DNA of 64,000 nucleotides from Squalus acanthias (taxonomy: Eukaryota), in NCBI GenBank assembly GCA_030390025.1, contig CM059446.1, positions 38,254,001 to 38,318,000 on the forward strand, in the 5' to 3' direction. The translations under genes and the position numbers were made by a program. Under the pieces are notes generated by a model. That model did not search any database. It was not told the origin of the DNA and saw only the letters and a list, made by a program, of their open reading frames with translations. Below are positions 50,385 to 62,510 of the stretch, piece by piece. The number at the start of each line of letters is the position of its first letter. Within the stretch, counting starts at the first letter, position 1.

Positions 50385-51119
50385 GCTTAGTAGCATGAAC
50401 AGACAAAACTTTATAATTATCATCTGAATGATTGGGAATGATTCACCACTAAAATCAATTAATTATCAAATAACTCAACTTATGGTATTGCTTCAACCGA
50501 AATACCATTCCATGATTTCTTCTGCCCCATTGTACTTGAGTGCAAGTATCTCTACTCTTTGGCTGTATGAGCTACTTTGCCTGCACTCCTTTTTCAGTAC
50601 CCATCACCAGGTGAAATTCTGCATCAACACGTATTGCAATATTTTGTAGCTCCCCTACTTTATGCTGTTTGCTCCATGTTCTGCGTACATATTAATTTAC
50701 TGAACATTAAATAGTTTATCAGATGAAAATGGTCAGATCATGTCATGGGCTGAGCTGTGTGAGCCATTGTGGGTTAGGGTGAGTTGAGCCAGACCAGGCT
50801 TTCAAACATCTGTCTATAATTGGATAATCGGCAGGTGGAGAACTCCAGAAAACACGCTGTGCAAGCTAAACACACTCCAGTCTGCAACTGTGCAAAATTG
50901 CAGTCCAGGATTAGATAAAAAGAATACTAAATACAATTCTCAAGTGATCAACTCACCTTTCTGCAAATGAAAAAAAAATGTTATGACAACACAAGGGTGA
51001 AAACTGCTGTCAAGTCCGAAAGAGAAGGATTCACGGAATGATATTTAGAATAGAACAATAAGTGATATTAAATAGTTTGGTTTATTGGGAAGTGATCTGC
51101 AGTGATCAAAAGAACTTAT

Positions 51120-51283
51120 ATTTATCACATTGTTCTTTGTGGGAGCTTGCTGTGCGCAAATTGGCTGCCGCATTTCCTACATTACAACAGTGACGACACT
51201 TCAAAAGTAATTCATTGGCTGTAAAGTGCTTTGGGACGTCCTGAGGTAGTGAAAGGTGCTATAGAAATGCAAGTCTTTCGTTC
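51120..51283 (+). mobile_element. DeuSINE 3' half
   Basis: ttatcacattg...gcgcaaattggctgccg...aaatgcaagtctttc. Confidence 0.88.
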
Positions 51284-51569
51284 AAAATTAAGACTTTATC
51301 GAACATCTAAAGATGGTAAAAAGTTAAGGGACTTTTAGGATTACATGATAGTGAGATTGATTATTTCATAACCCTCTTGAGCAGAGGAGATCATACAGTA
51401 CAATTCTACTGCCATTTCTGATTTGATGCAAAGTGATTTTGAGTCTGTATTACCGTGAAAGTGACAGCGTAACTATAGAGTCAGGTCCTGATCTAATGGG
51501 ACAAATCAGTGTCAGACCCCCTTGGTAAGATCACCTCATGCCACTTGGGCTTGGCACCTGTGTGGAGCA

Positions 51570-52092
51570 TACCTCCAGTATAGGAAGGATATATTGGCCT
51601 TGTAGGGGGTGCCACGTAGATTTACCAGAATGATACAGGGGCAAAAAGGGTTAAATTATGAGGACAGGTTGCATAGACTAGGTTTGTAGTCCTTGAGCAT
51701 AGAAGATTAAGGGGTGATCCAATTGAAGTCGTTAAGATGGTCAAAGCAGTTGATAGGGTAGATAGAGAGAAACTATTTTCTCTGGTGGGGGAGTCCAGAA
51801 CAAGGGGGCATAGCCTTAAAATTAGAGCTAAGCCATTCAGGGGTGATGTCAGGAAGCACTTCTGCACACACAGTGGAAATCTGGATCTCTCTCCCCCAAA
51901 AAGCTGTTGAGGCTGGGGGTCAATTGAAAATTTCAAAAACAGATATTGATAGATTTTTGTTAGGCAAGGGTATTAAGGGATAAAAATCCAAGGCAGGTAA
52001 ATGGAGTTAAGACACAGATCAGCCATGATCTAATTGAATGGTGGGACAGGCTCGAGGGGCTGAATGGCCTACTCTTGTGCCTATGTTCCTAA
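51570..52092 (+). mobile_element. 5'-truncated CR1 LINE
   Basis: agatttaccagaatgatac (RFTRMI), aggggtgatccaattgaa (RGDPIE), 3' hairpin gggctgaatggcct and cctatgttcct tail. Confidence 0.9.
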
Positions 52093-52665
52093 GTAGGCTG
52101 AAGCCAGGTTTAAACAAGTGCTTAGGCGGTCCTTTCTAAACATACTTGCAGAGTCTCCCTACTGTTATGAAAGTGCGGGCACATCTGGCCACATTCTCCT
52201 AACATAAAAACATTTAGAATGTAAACACGCATGGGCAGAGCTTGCTCATGCTAAGTAGAGTGAGATCCACATCCCACAATATAACACCAGTCTTGCCAGC
52301 TACACTTCACACTGTACAGACTGGTAGTGCAATCTAACAGCAGAAATAGATAGCCACTGCAGATAAAGTGACTTGCCTTACGTATTGCGTATTAGCAGCA
52401 TGTTATTGCCAGAGGATACAGAAGATTAATTTACTGGTTAATTTTCTCTTTACCACTGAGACAGTTTCCCTTCCACATCAAAGGGATTGATTGTGAGTTA
52501 TCTGTTCTCAGCATTTCTTCTTTGTGCAGTGGATTTCTTAACTGCCATTGTTACACTGGTGCATGCATCAGTTGTTATCAACTATTTGTTGAGTTTGTTG
52601 CATTGCCAAGGGACTGTTGTCTTCCAAAGTCGTAGTTACATCTGTTTTGAAATGCTAAACACAGA

Positions 52666-53395
52666 AGGCTGGATTTTTCAGTGAACAGTGGACTGCCAAG
52701 AATCCAGATTCTTACCATATTTTCCAGTTCTGACTGAAAGCCCAGTAATATTTCAGTCACTGCCTGTTGGCTTTCTGCTGCTCTTTATGCCAGAAATATG
52801 AATATTTCCAGCAAAAAAGCCAAGGGGGAGATGAGGAGAATTTTTTCTTTTACTCGGCCAGTTGTTATGATCTGGAATGCACTGCCTGAAAGGGTGGTGG
52901 GAGCACATTAGTAGTAACTTTCAAAAGGGAATTGGATCTCTACTTAAAAAAAGAAAAATTGGCAGGCAGGGCTACGGGGAAAGAGCAGGGGAATGGGACT
53001 AATTGGATAGCTCTCTCAGAGGGCCGGCACAGGCACGATGGGCAGAATGGCCTCCTTCTGTGCTGTATGATTCCACGAAAAATGAGGGAAGGAAATCTGA
53101 CTGACTGTTTCATGGGGGAAAAAAAATCCTGGCCACAAACCTCCCACATTCTGAACATGTGGCAGGAATCCAGAGATGTCCAATTGGAGACAGAGCATTT
53201 AGCATCACCACTTAGTTATTTAAAAGAAAATCATGACTGGGCTGTAACTATACTGAGCCACCTTATCACCCTTTAATGCCCATTCTGCACCCTGTAATGG
53301 TGGGGCGCAAACCAAAAGCTGCTTTTTACTCGGTAGATCATTTCGGGGAAAATAGGCTGGCAAGTTTGCAACCCACCGAAAAATAAATCCAGCCC
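52666..53395. mobile_element. Harbinger-type MITE with a nested CR1 tail
   Basis: Ends ggctggatttt / aaatccagccc, the same TIR type as 28199-28970. Confidence 0.7.
52820..53075 (+). mobile_element. CR1 3' fragment
   Basis: tggaatgcactgcctgaaagggtggtg (WNALPERVV) and 3' end gggcagaatggcctccttctgtgctgtatgattc. Confidence 0.88.
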
Positions 53396-54599
53396 AGGAT
53401 TTGCAGTTGCAACAGTAGAAGCTCCATGGGTTTCTGAGGCATGGCAGCTTGTCCAGTGCAGTGTCATTCAGTGATGACTCACAAAACATGTTGTAGCTGA
53501 ACTGGTACTTTGAGACAATTAAAGTTCATATCACAAATACCACTACTCACAGAAATACAGTAGCTGGTACAGCAAAGGTGGCTAAAGAGGTGTGAAATTT
53601 TGACGTGCAGGTCTAGACGAGAGTAAATTATTCAGCTACTACGTTTTAACATTCTGCAAAAAGAAGCCCTGTTTCTATTATGATGCCAACAAAATTATAG
53701 CATGTCAACAGTGATTAAATGCACTTAAGCTAATGCTTTTAACCCTTTCCCTTCAGCAAAGAGACTTTTGTCAGCAAAATAGCATTCACTTCAATGAATG
53801 TTTTTTTCCGGCAAGGGGAAGGGGTTAACAGTACTTGGAATGAATAAAATTTGAGCAAAACAATAGAACCAATTTAATGGCAAATATATCACGCTGCGAT
53901 CAATTTAAAAAAAATACTTTAAAGCGTGATATTGAGCTTGAAATTGGGCACTATTGAGGAATATTTCACTTCAGAATAACAGTGGGGCACTCACCTTTCA
54001 TCTATTTTCAGTTCATTGTTTCTTAATCTTCTCATCAGAAGATTAATCAAGAAATTAAGAGTGGACAATAAATTGCTATTAATGGTTAAAAGCTTATGAA
54101 TTTCTAAGGAGACAACTTTCACTTTTCCGCACATATGTATTTAAACGGGGCACAAAAGCTTTGAGCAACTGGGGTTGATTTACCTCTCAGCATAAAGAAT
54201 CGATTTATGAGCTGGCTGATGGAGCTCAACAGATTAATATTAATTAGCCCTGCTAGTGATCTGCTCCTGCTTCGGAGCAGACTTAGTGACCAGTATCAGA
54301 GCAAATGAGAGATCTTCAGCAGCCATCACTGCCTCTATTGCTACGATAAGGCCCATCCTTATGTGTTTGAAGTGACTGAGAAGCATCAAAGTGAGCACGA
54401 GACTTCTGCTTAAATAATTTATGAAACTGTAGCTTGATTTATTTTTTCCTTTTGCAGTTTTTTAGTGATGTTTCGGGGTACTGGTAGATTTAGTTTATCG
54501 GAGAATATTGTTTGGTTTTTGATGCCCTGTTTTGCAGTTCCTTGCTGTCTGTAGCAATCTATGTCATCACTTTTTGATGTTTAACTGTCTGTCATTAGC

Positions 54600-55200
54600 A
54601 TCAGTGAATTTGCAACATTACCCTGAGAGAGGAAGCCTAGTGATGGATAGTACAGATCTTGGAGGCAGTACTAGGAACACGAGAGTGCCACTCCTTTCCT
54701 TCTTTCTACATTGCAACAACTTACATCCAGTCACCAATTTGGCTTCAAGGCAAATTGGCCAACCAGTGATGCTCTTGATCTCAGATTCCAAAATGGAGAG
54801 CTTTGGCCAATACTCAGTTTGGAGATCGGGAATGAACCCCTCAACATTTGCAAAGCCTGTAATTACTATACAGCATTTTGTACTTAACGAAAGAACTTTA
54901 GCGCCTTTCACAACATTAAGACATCCCAAAATACTTCACAGACGAGTACTTTTTGAATGTAGTCACTGTTGTAATATGGCCAAACACAACAGCCAATTTG
55001 CACACAACCAAGTTTCACAAATGGCAATGAGATTTGATGGGGTGTATTGAGCTTCTGTTATGGGGCGAATAAGTTTGATGATACCAGCCTTAATGCCACA
55101 ACGCCCTCCACCTCCTTCTACACTGCCCTGGACTTCCCACTATCACTGATCTTTCTCACTTTGGATGGAGCCACTCATTGCAGGGGTGTGATCAAATGTA
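54600..55200 (+). pseudogene. Degenerate LINE RT fragment interrupted by a SINE
   Basis: QLTSSHQFGFKANWPTSDAL (RT QxGFR..xSTxDAL motif) and, after the SINE, KFDDTSL (cf. FADDT). Confidence 0.55.
54890..55035 (-). mobile_element. DeuSINE 3' fragment
   Basis: tagcgcctttcacaac...gacatcccaaa...tgtagtcactgttgtaat...cagccaatttgcaca. Confidence 0.82.
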
Positions 55201-55255
55201 TACAAGTAGTCGTTATCAAAATCAACTTTAACCACTCCCTAGTGGTGTTGTACTG

Positions 55256-55597
55256 ATGCGGAGATGCCGGTGTTGGACTGGGGTGGACAAAATTGAGAGG
55301 TCGCACAACACCAGGTTATAGTCCAACAGTTTTATTTGAAATCACAAGCTTTCGGAGCTATCACTCCTTCCTCAGGTGAAGTAAATTGGATACAGAATCG
55401 CCAGAGCATATATAGATGGAAAAAAAAAGCATGTGTACTTTACAATTGTAAAGTACACATGCTTTTTTTTTCCATCTATATATGCTCTGGCGATTCTGTA
55501 TCCAATTTACTTCACCTGAGGAAGGAGTGATAGCTCCGAAAGCTTGTGATTTCAAATAAAACTGTTGGACTATAACCTGGTGTTGTGCGACCTCTCA
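55256..55597 (-). mobile_element. Penelope-like-element terminus with an inverted copy, forming a 304-bp palindrome
   Basis: TSD gtgttgtactg (55245-55255 and 55598-55608); 38-bp unpaired end atgcggagatgccggtgttggactggggtggacaaaat; palindrome 55294-55597 centred on tacaa|ttgta. The ORF track gives identical peptides on both strands. Confidence 0.9.
55512..55549 (+). ncRNA. Minimal hammerhead ribozyme motif (mirror copy at 55342-55379 on the minus strand)
   Basis: UCAC-CUGAGGA-A-GGAG(ugauag)CUCC-GAAA-GC-UU-GUGA: stem I UCAC/GUGA, core CUGANGA and GAAA, stem II GGAG/CUCC, 1-bp stem III inside palindromic AAGCUU. Activity untested. Confidence 0.72.
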
Positions 55598-57821
55598 GTG
55601 TTGTACTGAGCCATATAAAACAGGAAGGCCCCGGTTTCATAATTGGTGGGTAATGAGCTAAACTTTGCCAAGAAGGCAGTGAAGTACTACAATTGCCCTC
55701 AGTATCCCCAGGCTAGGGAGGGGAACATCGGCTTGGGTTCCTGATGACTATACAGTGAATCCTGCTGGAAGTATACCTTTGTGAACATTTGGTGAGGACA
55801 GGTACAAGTTTGTTTATGCTGCCCACCACCCCTCCCCCCACACTTTCATAGTTTAATAGCCTGCCGATATTTAATTTTGAGCGTGAAGAATGGCCGTTTA
55901 TGCAAGGCACCAGGCGGCTTCCAGAACCTGGGTAGATATCATCTTCAGGAGAGGAAGGGTTTGTGAAGAAAAATTAAGCAGGACAAAAAAGTGTCACCTT
56001 ATTAGTCATTCTACAGCAAAATAAAAACACGTTCTCACATAACTCCTGGACTCAATGGAGCCGAAAGTCATGAAGATTGGTAGACTGGACCAGAATGGCC
56101 CACTCCATCCCAGAGCTCATACTCGAATACTGCAAAATTGTGACCGGGAAAACGATCCATTACAAGATCAAGACTGCAACAGCAATGAAAGAATCTCTAG
56201 TGCTTGAGCCAGATATCTGTGTTAATGTGAGAAATAGAAATTCTGCTCCAACAGCACGTCAGCATTCTGTATCAGTCCCAAATGCATGTACAGAATGCCA
56301 GCAGCAAAGCCTGTACATTTATGAGCCTCTCTTACCTAGAAAACGTGTTTGCTGATAATGCCGCTGTCTGCAATCCTGCTCCCTGAGTACAGAAGTTCAG
56401 AGACAGAGTTAACCATCACCTGCTGAAGCTGGGTTGTTGGAGCATGCATTAGGCCACGGGAAGTCTCTGGACGTGCCCTTGTCACCCAGCATAAATTCTC
56501 AAGGCCTTTTTCGCACTCTCAGCAACTACCCGAGTCAATTCCGTGAGAAATCTGTCCTCATTAGCGCTGCCCCTGGCTGCACCCTGTTGTCATGCCACCT
56601 AATATACAAAAACAAAAACTAACGGTGGTGGCAGCTTTGCGGAAGAGATATAGTGGCCCTGGGGATTGCAGCAGCATGGAAATTGTAATGCTGACCTTCT
56701 GAAGAACAACATGACATTTCAGCATATAAATAAAGAAGCAATCCAGGCAAGCAATAAAGAGAAGCAAGGACAGCTTTGGTTATAAAGACAGTTAGAGTGG
56801 AGAGGAACAGGAGAAAGTGAAGTTGTGAGAAATTTGTAACAGTTAAGGACGGCACGTGCTGATGGGCTTCTGGTCATGATATTGTCATGCTGTAATGGGG
56901 TATATGTTGTATCTGACTCCACTGTGAAAACATTGGTTTACCATAATCACAAGATCGCCATTCATTACTAATATCACTTAGCACAACTTCAACTCCACAG
57001 TATGATCCATATTGTGTAACAAATATTAGCAATGAATGGGTTAATGCATTCTTATCAAATGTCTTTCCTCCATTATTATAACAAACCCATGAATCCATTT
57101 ATTTCAAATGCCTTCATTAAAGTAGCAGATGGAGGAAATAGCTTGCAAATGTGTAATGCATTTGTGAATACAACATCTGTATTTGTTGACTAAAATTATT
57201 TATTCCACTTCTCAAAGAGTATATATAACTCGCAGGTCTCCTTCATAAATCAAGTAAACGAGAACCCCGAAATTCGTTGGGATGGGATCCTGTCAGTTAC
57301 ATCAGGATTGTGTGCGCCGGTGCCCTCTAGCTCTATCCCTGCCCGTGTTCAGTGGGAGGACATTTAATTTCAATGCGGCAGGCATGTATAAGGGGGCCAA
57401 ATCTCTGGCATCTGCCTTCCCCATGCAGTCAGAAACTTTATTGCCTGCCTGCCATTGTGGGGGTTGCCATGTCTTCCACAAGTACCTGTATAAGGGCAGC
57501 AATCGAATCAGCCAATTCATTGAGGGACCGGGTTACCTCCTTAGACAGGACCTCAACAATGGGACCCAATCTGGATGATGCTGTGCTTCAACTCACTTGG
57601 CATACTGGCCTCCAGTACAACGGGTCTTGACTGAGCCAGTGGAGCAAGAACTTCCAGTGTAGGGAATCTTTCCACCCCCCACCCCACCCCCACTACCACA
57701 ACACTATTTGCCTTGTTAGGGGCGGACAGAGGTTCTGCCCCTTACAAAGCAGAAATCATAGAGGCCTGGAACAACTTGATCTTTTTTTCTAGGGGATCCA
57801 ACAATCTCCCACCCGAATTAC

Positions 57822-58550
57822 ATATAATTTCACAGAATTTACAGCACAGAAACAAACTGTTTGGCCCAACAGTCTTTGTTGCTGTTTATCCTCCCCACGA
57901 CCAGTGGTCCTAATCCAATCTCCCTTTATCCCCCTTTCCTACAAAGGCCTAATTAACCTATTCAAATGGCAACACGGTCTCTACTAGTGTATTCCACAGC
58001 CCCGCAAACCTCTGTATAAAAACATTTTTCCCGCTCTCTTTCCTGAAGTATTCTCCACGGATGCTGCCTGACCTGCTGAGTATTTCCAGCATTTTCTGTT
58101 TTTATTTCAGATTTCCAGCATCCGCAGTATTTTGCTTTTGTATTACTGAAATTGAATTTCATCTGCCCCTTTTTGCCCATTTCACCATCTTATACATATT
58201 CCTTTGCAGCTTCTTTTGGTCCTCAGAATTATTTACAATGCCACCTATTTTAGTATCATCTTCAAATTTGGACACGACCCCCTTTAATCCTATGATCTAC
58301 GTAGAGAACAGAACAGGTCCCAGAACAGAACCCTGTGCAACACCACTGTCCACTCGCAACCACTCTGAGAAACTGCCTTTAACTTCTACTCAATTTCTAC
58401 CTTTCCCGAATTCCATAACCCTTAATCTCCTCCAATAGTCTTCTATATGGTACCTTGTCAAAGGCTTTCTGAAAGTGCATATACACCACATCCACTGCAT
58501 TTCCCTCACTCACCATATCTGTCACCTCCTCAAAGAACTCTGTCAAGTTA
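57822..58550 (-). mobile_element. Fragmented CR1 LINE
   Basis: Reverse tail cagaatttacagcacagaaac; gaaccctgtgcaacaccact (SGVAQGS); ttagtatcatcttcaaatttg (KFEDDTK); accttgtcaaaggctttctgaaa (FQKAFDKV). Confidence 0.85.
58052..58145. mobile_element. Single arm of the 33121-family Penelope-derived element, inside CR1
   Basis: ctccacggatgctgcctgacctgctgagtatttccagcattttctg...cagtattttgcttttgtat is the near reverse complement of 33121-33212. Confidence 0.85.
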
Positions 58551-58970
58551 CAGTCGCAGAAACCTTGCAGAATTTCAGCCCCGTGTATCCAACATATCCA
58601 TGCCCTGTATTCTATTTCTGAGACATACGTGCACGACTTTTATGTGGTATAGTTTAAAATGTCACAGAACCTTACGTATTAAGAGTGGGGGTTTTGCTCA
58701 CAGTAGTGATTTTTATTGTGTTGTGTGGAGTAGTACACGGTAACATGCCAGAATATTTAGGGAACTCATCATCATAGTATTTGTGGTGTTATTGATCATT
58801 GGAGGGATGCAGCAAGGAATTTTGTATGTGATACTTATTAGAACTTGACCTTGGAGGTAAGTTTTATTTTAGTCTATTTTATTTAGGTGGAATTATGAGA
58901 TTTATTTAGGGGACAGGGACACCTGTGAGTTATTTATTTTCTATAGATATTAAGATGCGGCAAGGTCGGG

Positions 58971-59431
58971 AAAAAAAAAGAAAGACTTGCATTTATATAG
59001 CGCCTTTCACAACCACCGGATGTCCCAAAGCAGTTTACAACCAATGAAGTACTTTTTTGAAGTGTAGTCACTGCTGTAATGTAGCAGCCAGTTTGCACAG
59101 CAAGCTCCCACAAACAGCCATATGATAATGGCCAGATAATCTGTTTTTGTGATGTTGATTGAGGGATAAATATTGGCCAGGACACCAGGGATAACTCCCC
59201 TGCTCTTCTTTGAAATAGCGTCATGGGATCTTTTCCGTCTACCCGAGAGGGCAGACGGGGCCTCGGTTTAACATCTCAGCTAAAAGACGGCACCTCCGAC
59301 AGTACCGCACTCCCTCAGCACTGCACTGGAGTGTCAGCCTAGATTTCTGTGCTCAAGTCTCTGGAGTGCGACTTGAGCCCACAACCTTCTGACTTAGAGA
59401 CCAGAGCGCTACCAACTGAGCCACGGCTGAC
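58971..59431 (-). mobile_element. DeuSINE/SacSINE1-like SINE, full length
   Basis: Complete reverse copy from aaagacttgcatttatatagcgcc to actgagccacggctgac. Confidence 0.93.
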
Positions 59432-60159
59432 ATGCTATGGTGATATCTGGGGTGATGCGATTGCAATGGTTTCAGGTAGCCATTGCTGTTGATCAGAATG
59501 GGCACATATGCTTTACTAAATAGATACAAACCTAACAAAACCTCATAAAATAACATAAATATTCTCAAATAAAATTGTGGTATGTTGCTAATGTGAAACA
59601 TTTTAAATATGAAAAATTATGAAATAAAATCTATTGTCATCAATTCAATTTTCCTTTCTTACATTTGTTAGAATTTTTTTTAAAACGCGAAGTGTACTTT
59701 CACAGCAGTTATGCAGGATGTAGACTAGCAATGATTATCTGTTATTTAGGCTGCAAGTCATGTTTAATATTCATATAATGTAAAAATAAAAGTCGCCAAA
59801 ATAGAAAAGAACATCGGCACACACCTAATTAGTCAACTTCTCCAAGATCTGGTACAGAGAAAGAATTGGTATACAGAAATCATAGGAAATGTTAAGAAAT
59901 CTGGACTGTTTGTATCTACGTTGAGTTGTTATTTTAAGAGTTGTGGCCTTGACACACCAAAAGAAAAGTATAGCTCAAAAATTACTATTCCTAATATTAG
60001 CAGATGAAGAGTTAACAACTTCGCATAACATTCTTTTTTCCACAATGTTTTGCCGAGCATTAACCTATTTTAAATTAATGGGTTAACGGCAATTGTTAAA
60101 ATAGCAGAGAAATGTTTTATGAGCGTGCTAAGCATTTGTCCATTAATATTGCCAACAGT

Positions 60160-60388
60160 AATTTCTCAGCTTATATCTGTGTAAACTATCTCCAAAATAT
60201 ATCATCACAGTAATCTTTGTATCTGTTGTTTTTCCTCTCACGTAATTCAGTAATAAATTGTGTGGAGAATGAAGGAGCGGTTTAAAGTAAGCGTTTCACC
60301 TCACATAAAGCACTTAAAGATATATTGCCTTGGAAAGTATTAACATTTTAGGAACACTTCCCACAAAAACAGGTTCAATCACAGATCC
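60160..60388 (+). repeat. Local duplication, copy 1
   Basis: Colinear with 61487-61930: catcacagtaatctttg...ttcctctcacgtaattcagtaataaattgtgtggagaatgaaggagc...aaagtaagc...tcaatcacagat. Confidence 0.85.
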
Positions 60389-61486
60389 ATTCAAAGTTTA
60401 AGATGTAATGTAAAAACAGGAGTCGCCTGATTCTAATCAGTCTTGTGGTAATAGCCTATACAAATTTTATTAATTATAGGCGCCTATACGTTATATAGTC
60501 CATTTAGTAATAAGGCAATTAAAAACAATGCTATTCCCTACTGTTGTCTCATACCAGAAGTGATCAAAGAGCCTAGAGAAGGAGAGAGGAAAGTCTCTCA
60601 TGATGGGATGGGTCTTTTGCCTTGGGCTACACTGCCTCATTAAAGACAGAAAGATGCTGTTGATCGCCAATTAACCTGATTTGTTGGAACTCTGATAGAG
60701 ACCTCAGATGAAGCCAATTTTCTTTCCTAAATGAATGACAACAGTTATTGACAAAAATGCAGCTCTCACTTAAAAGGAACATAAAGGAATCAGTGAATTA
60801 TATGTATGTTTAGGAGAATTCAGAACGAAAGTATAAACAGTCTTTGATAAAGGAATATGTGCACTGCAGGGTTTAATTAGTGTGGGGAGCTGCTATGCAG
60901 TCCTGAAGCACCAGGGAAGGATAATATGATTTGTAAAGGCAATGGGAACGAGCCTTTTTGTTTATATTTCATAATTGTCATTATTAAAGTTTCAGTGCAA
61001 GTTTTCAAAACCCTTTTATAGAATTATCCACTGATCACTTTCCTGTAAAATTTTACAAGCTAATAACTTTTTCCTTTTAGTCATTTTGTCGTGGGAAAAC
61101 GATTATTGAAAAGTAGACACTGGAGATTTAGTTTGTAATTGAGAAGCTACACCATTATTATCACTACATCCTGAAATACGTGGAGACGAAAGGATATTTA
61201 GTTGTGATTTTGTTTTTATGGCATTCTCTTGACTGCTTATTCCTGCGTGTATTATAGTGAGTAAACAAAATGGCCCAATGACTAAACAGTTACAATGGCC
61301 AGGTATAGCTGCTGAGTTGGAATGCCAATATCTATGCAATGCTTTCATTTGCTGTGCATTCTGGTTCTTTGATTGTGTAAGAATCACCAAATTAGATTAA
61401 GGAGCAGGACTTATTACTAAATCATCATCATCTGACCAATGGCTCATACCTGATATAGTACGGACTATGGGATCTAGACAAATGTA

Positions 61487-61930
61487 ATGGTCTTACCTTG
61501 TATCTGTATATGGAATTCCCTCCCTAAATCTCTCCGCCTCTCCACTTCTCTTTCCTCCTTTAAGATGCTCCTTAAAACCTAACTTGTTAACCAAGCTTTT
61601 GGTCATCTGCCCTAATATCTCCTTATATGGCTCGGTGTCAAATTATTTTTTTTATAATGCTCCTGTGAAGCGCCTTGGGACGTTTTATTACATTAAAGGC
61701 ACTATATAAATCTAAGTTGTTGTTGTTGTAGATTACCTTCAAAAAATGGTCATCACTGTAACCTTTGTTATCTGTTGCTGTTCCTCTCACATAATTCAGT
61801 AAGAAATTGTGTAGAGAATGCAGGAGCAGTTCAAAGTAAGCATTTTACCTTACACATCACTTAAAGGTACATTACGCTCGAAAGTAAAATGTTTTAGAAA
61901 AACTTTCCAAAAAGGGGATCAATCACAGAT
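61487..61930 (+). repeat. Local duplication, copy 2 (interrupted by an L2 tail)
   Basis: catcactgtaacctttg...ttcctctcacataattcagtaagaaattgtgtagagaatgcaggagc...aaagtaagc...tcaatcacagat; similarity (tatctgt) continues upstream of the L2. Confidence 0.82.
61511..61729 (+). mobile_element. L2 LINE 3' tail
   Basis: tggaattccctccctaaa...aaggcactatataaatctaag(ttg)n; same family as 18626 and 20240. Confidence 0.9.
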
Positions 61931-62510
61931 TGAACATAAACCTGAATTGAAAGAAAATGTGAACATCCCACAGCAAACTTTTATAGTCAAGATTAGAAGA
62001 GCTGAAAAGTGCTTTTCATAATGCAAATTTCATTTCTAAAAACATTATAATGTGGCAAGAGCTTCAAAAGAACTTGTCCAAAAAATAACTCTGTAGCGAG
62101 TGTGTGTGGAGGGGACGGGGGTTGGGGGGGGAGGGGAACGACTTTGAGACTGGGGCAAATTGTTGGTTTCTATGACTTTTCTTCAGCAGTTGCACTGGAT
62201 AAAGCGTTCCAAATGAGGGATGGAATCAGCCAGCCCGGCCCAGGGAGCAATCCTGGAAACAGGGGGAATCAGTTAAAATCAGGCTTGAAGAACAGTATTA
62301 CAACACGTAGCATCAACAAAACCAGCCCAGAAGAATCAACAAGATCGGCCTAATGAAATGATAAGAAAGTAGGTACAATTAGTAAGAGAGAGGAGGAAGG
62401 TGGTGGATTCACAACAATTGGCCAAGGGGAGTGAGAGTAGGTGAATGATGAAGAAGTGGGAGGAATCAGTGATATTGGTCCACATGAATGAAGAGAAAAG
62501 AGGTTTAATG

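Larger units (their letters stand above)
55235..55960 (+). mobile_element. Ancient tRNA-derived SINE (AmnSINE2-like), split by the palindromic element
   Basis: After the insertion it reads tactgagccata..caggaagg..ctacaattgccctcagt..ggctagggagggg..cctgctggaa..ggtgaggacagg..aatagcctgccga..tgaagaatggcc..ttcaggagaggaaggg. Confidence 0.6.

Noticed and set aside
50745-50800. GGGCT/GAGCT words resembling immunoglobulin switch repeats
   Set aside because: Only a few words in about 55 bp, no tandem array and no Ig segments nearby.
54532-55050. 172-aa ORF as a host gene
   Set aside because: Spans a decayed RT fragment (different frame) and an antisense SINE; chance open frame.
55336-55555. Identical 64-aa ORFs on both strands
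   Set aside because: A geometric consequence of the palindrome; non-ATG start and no protein features.
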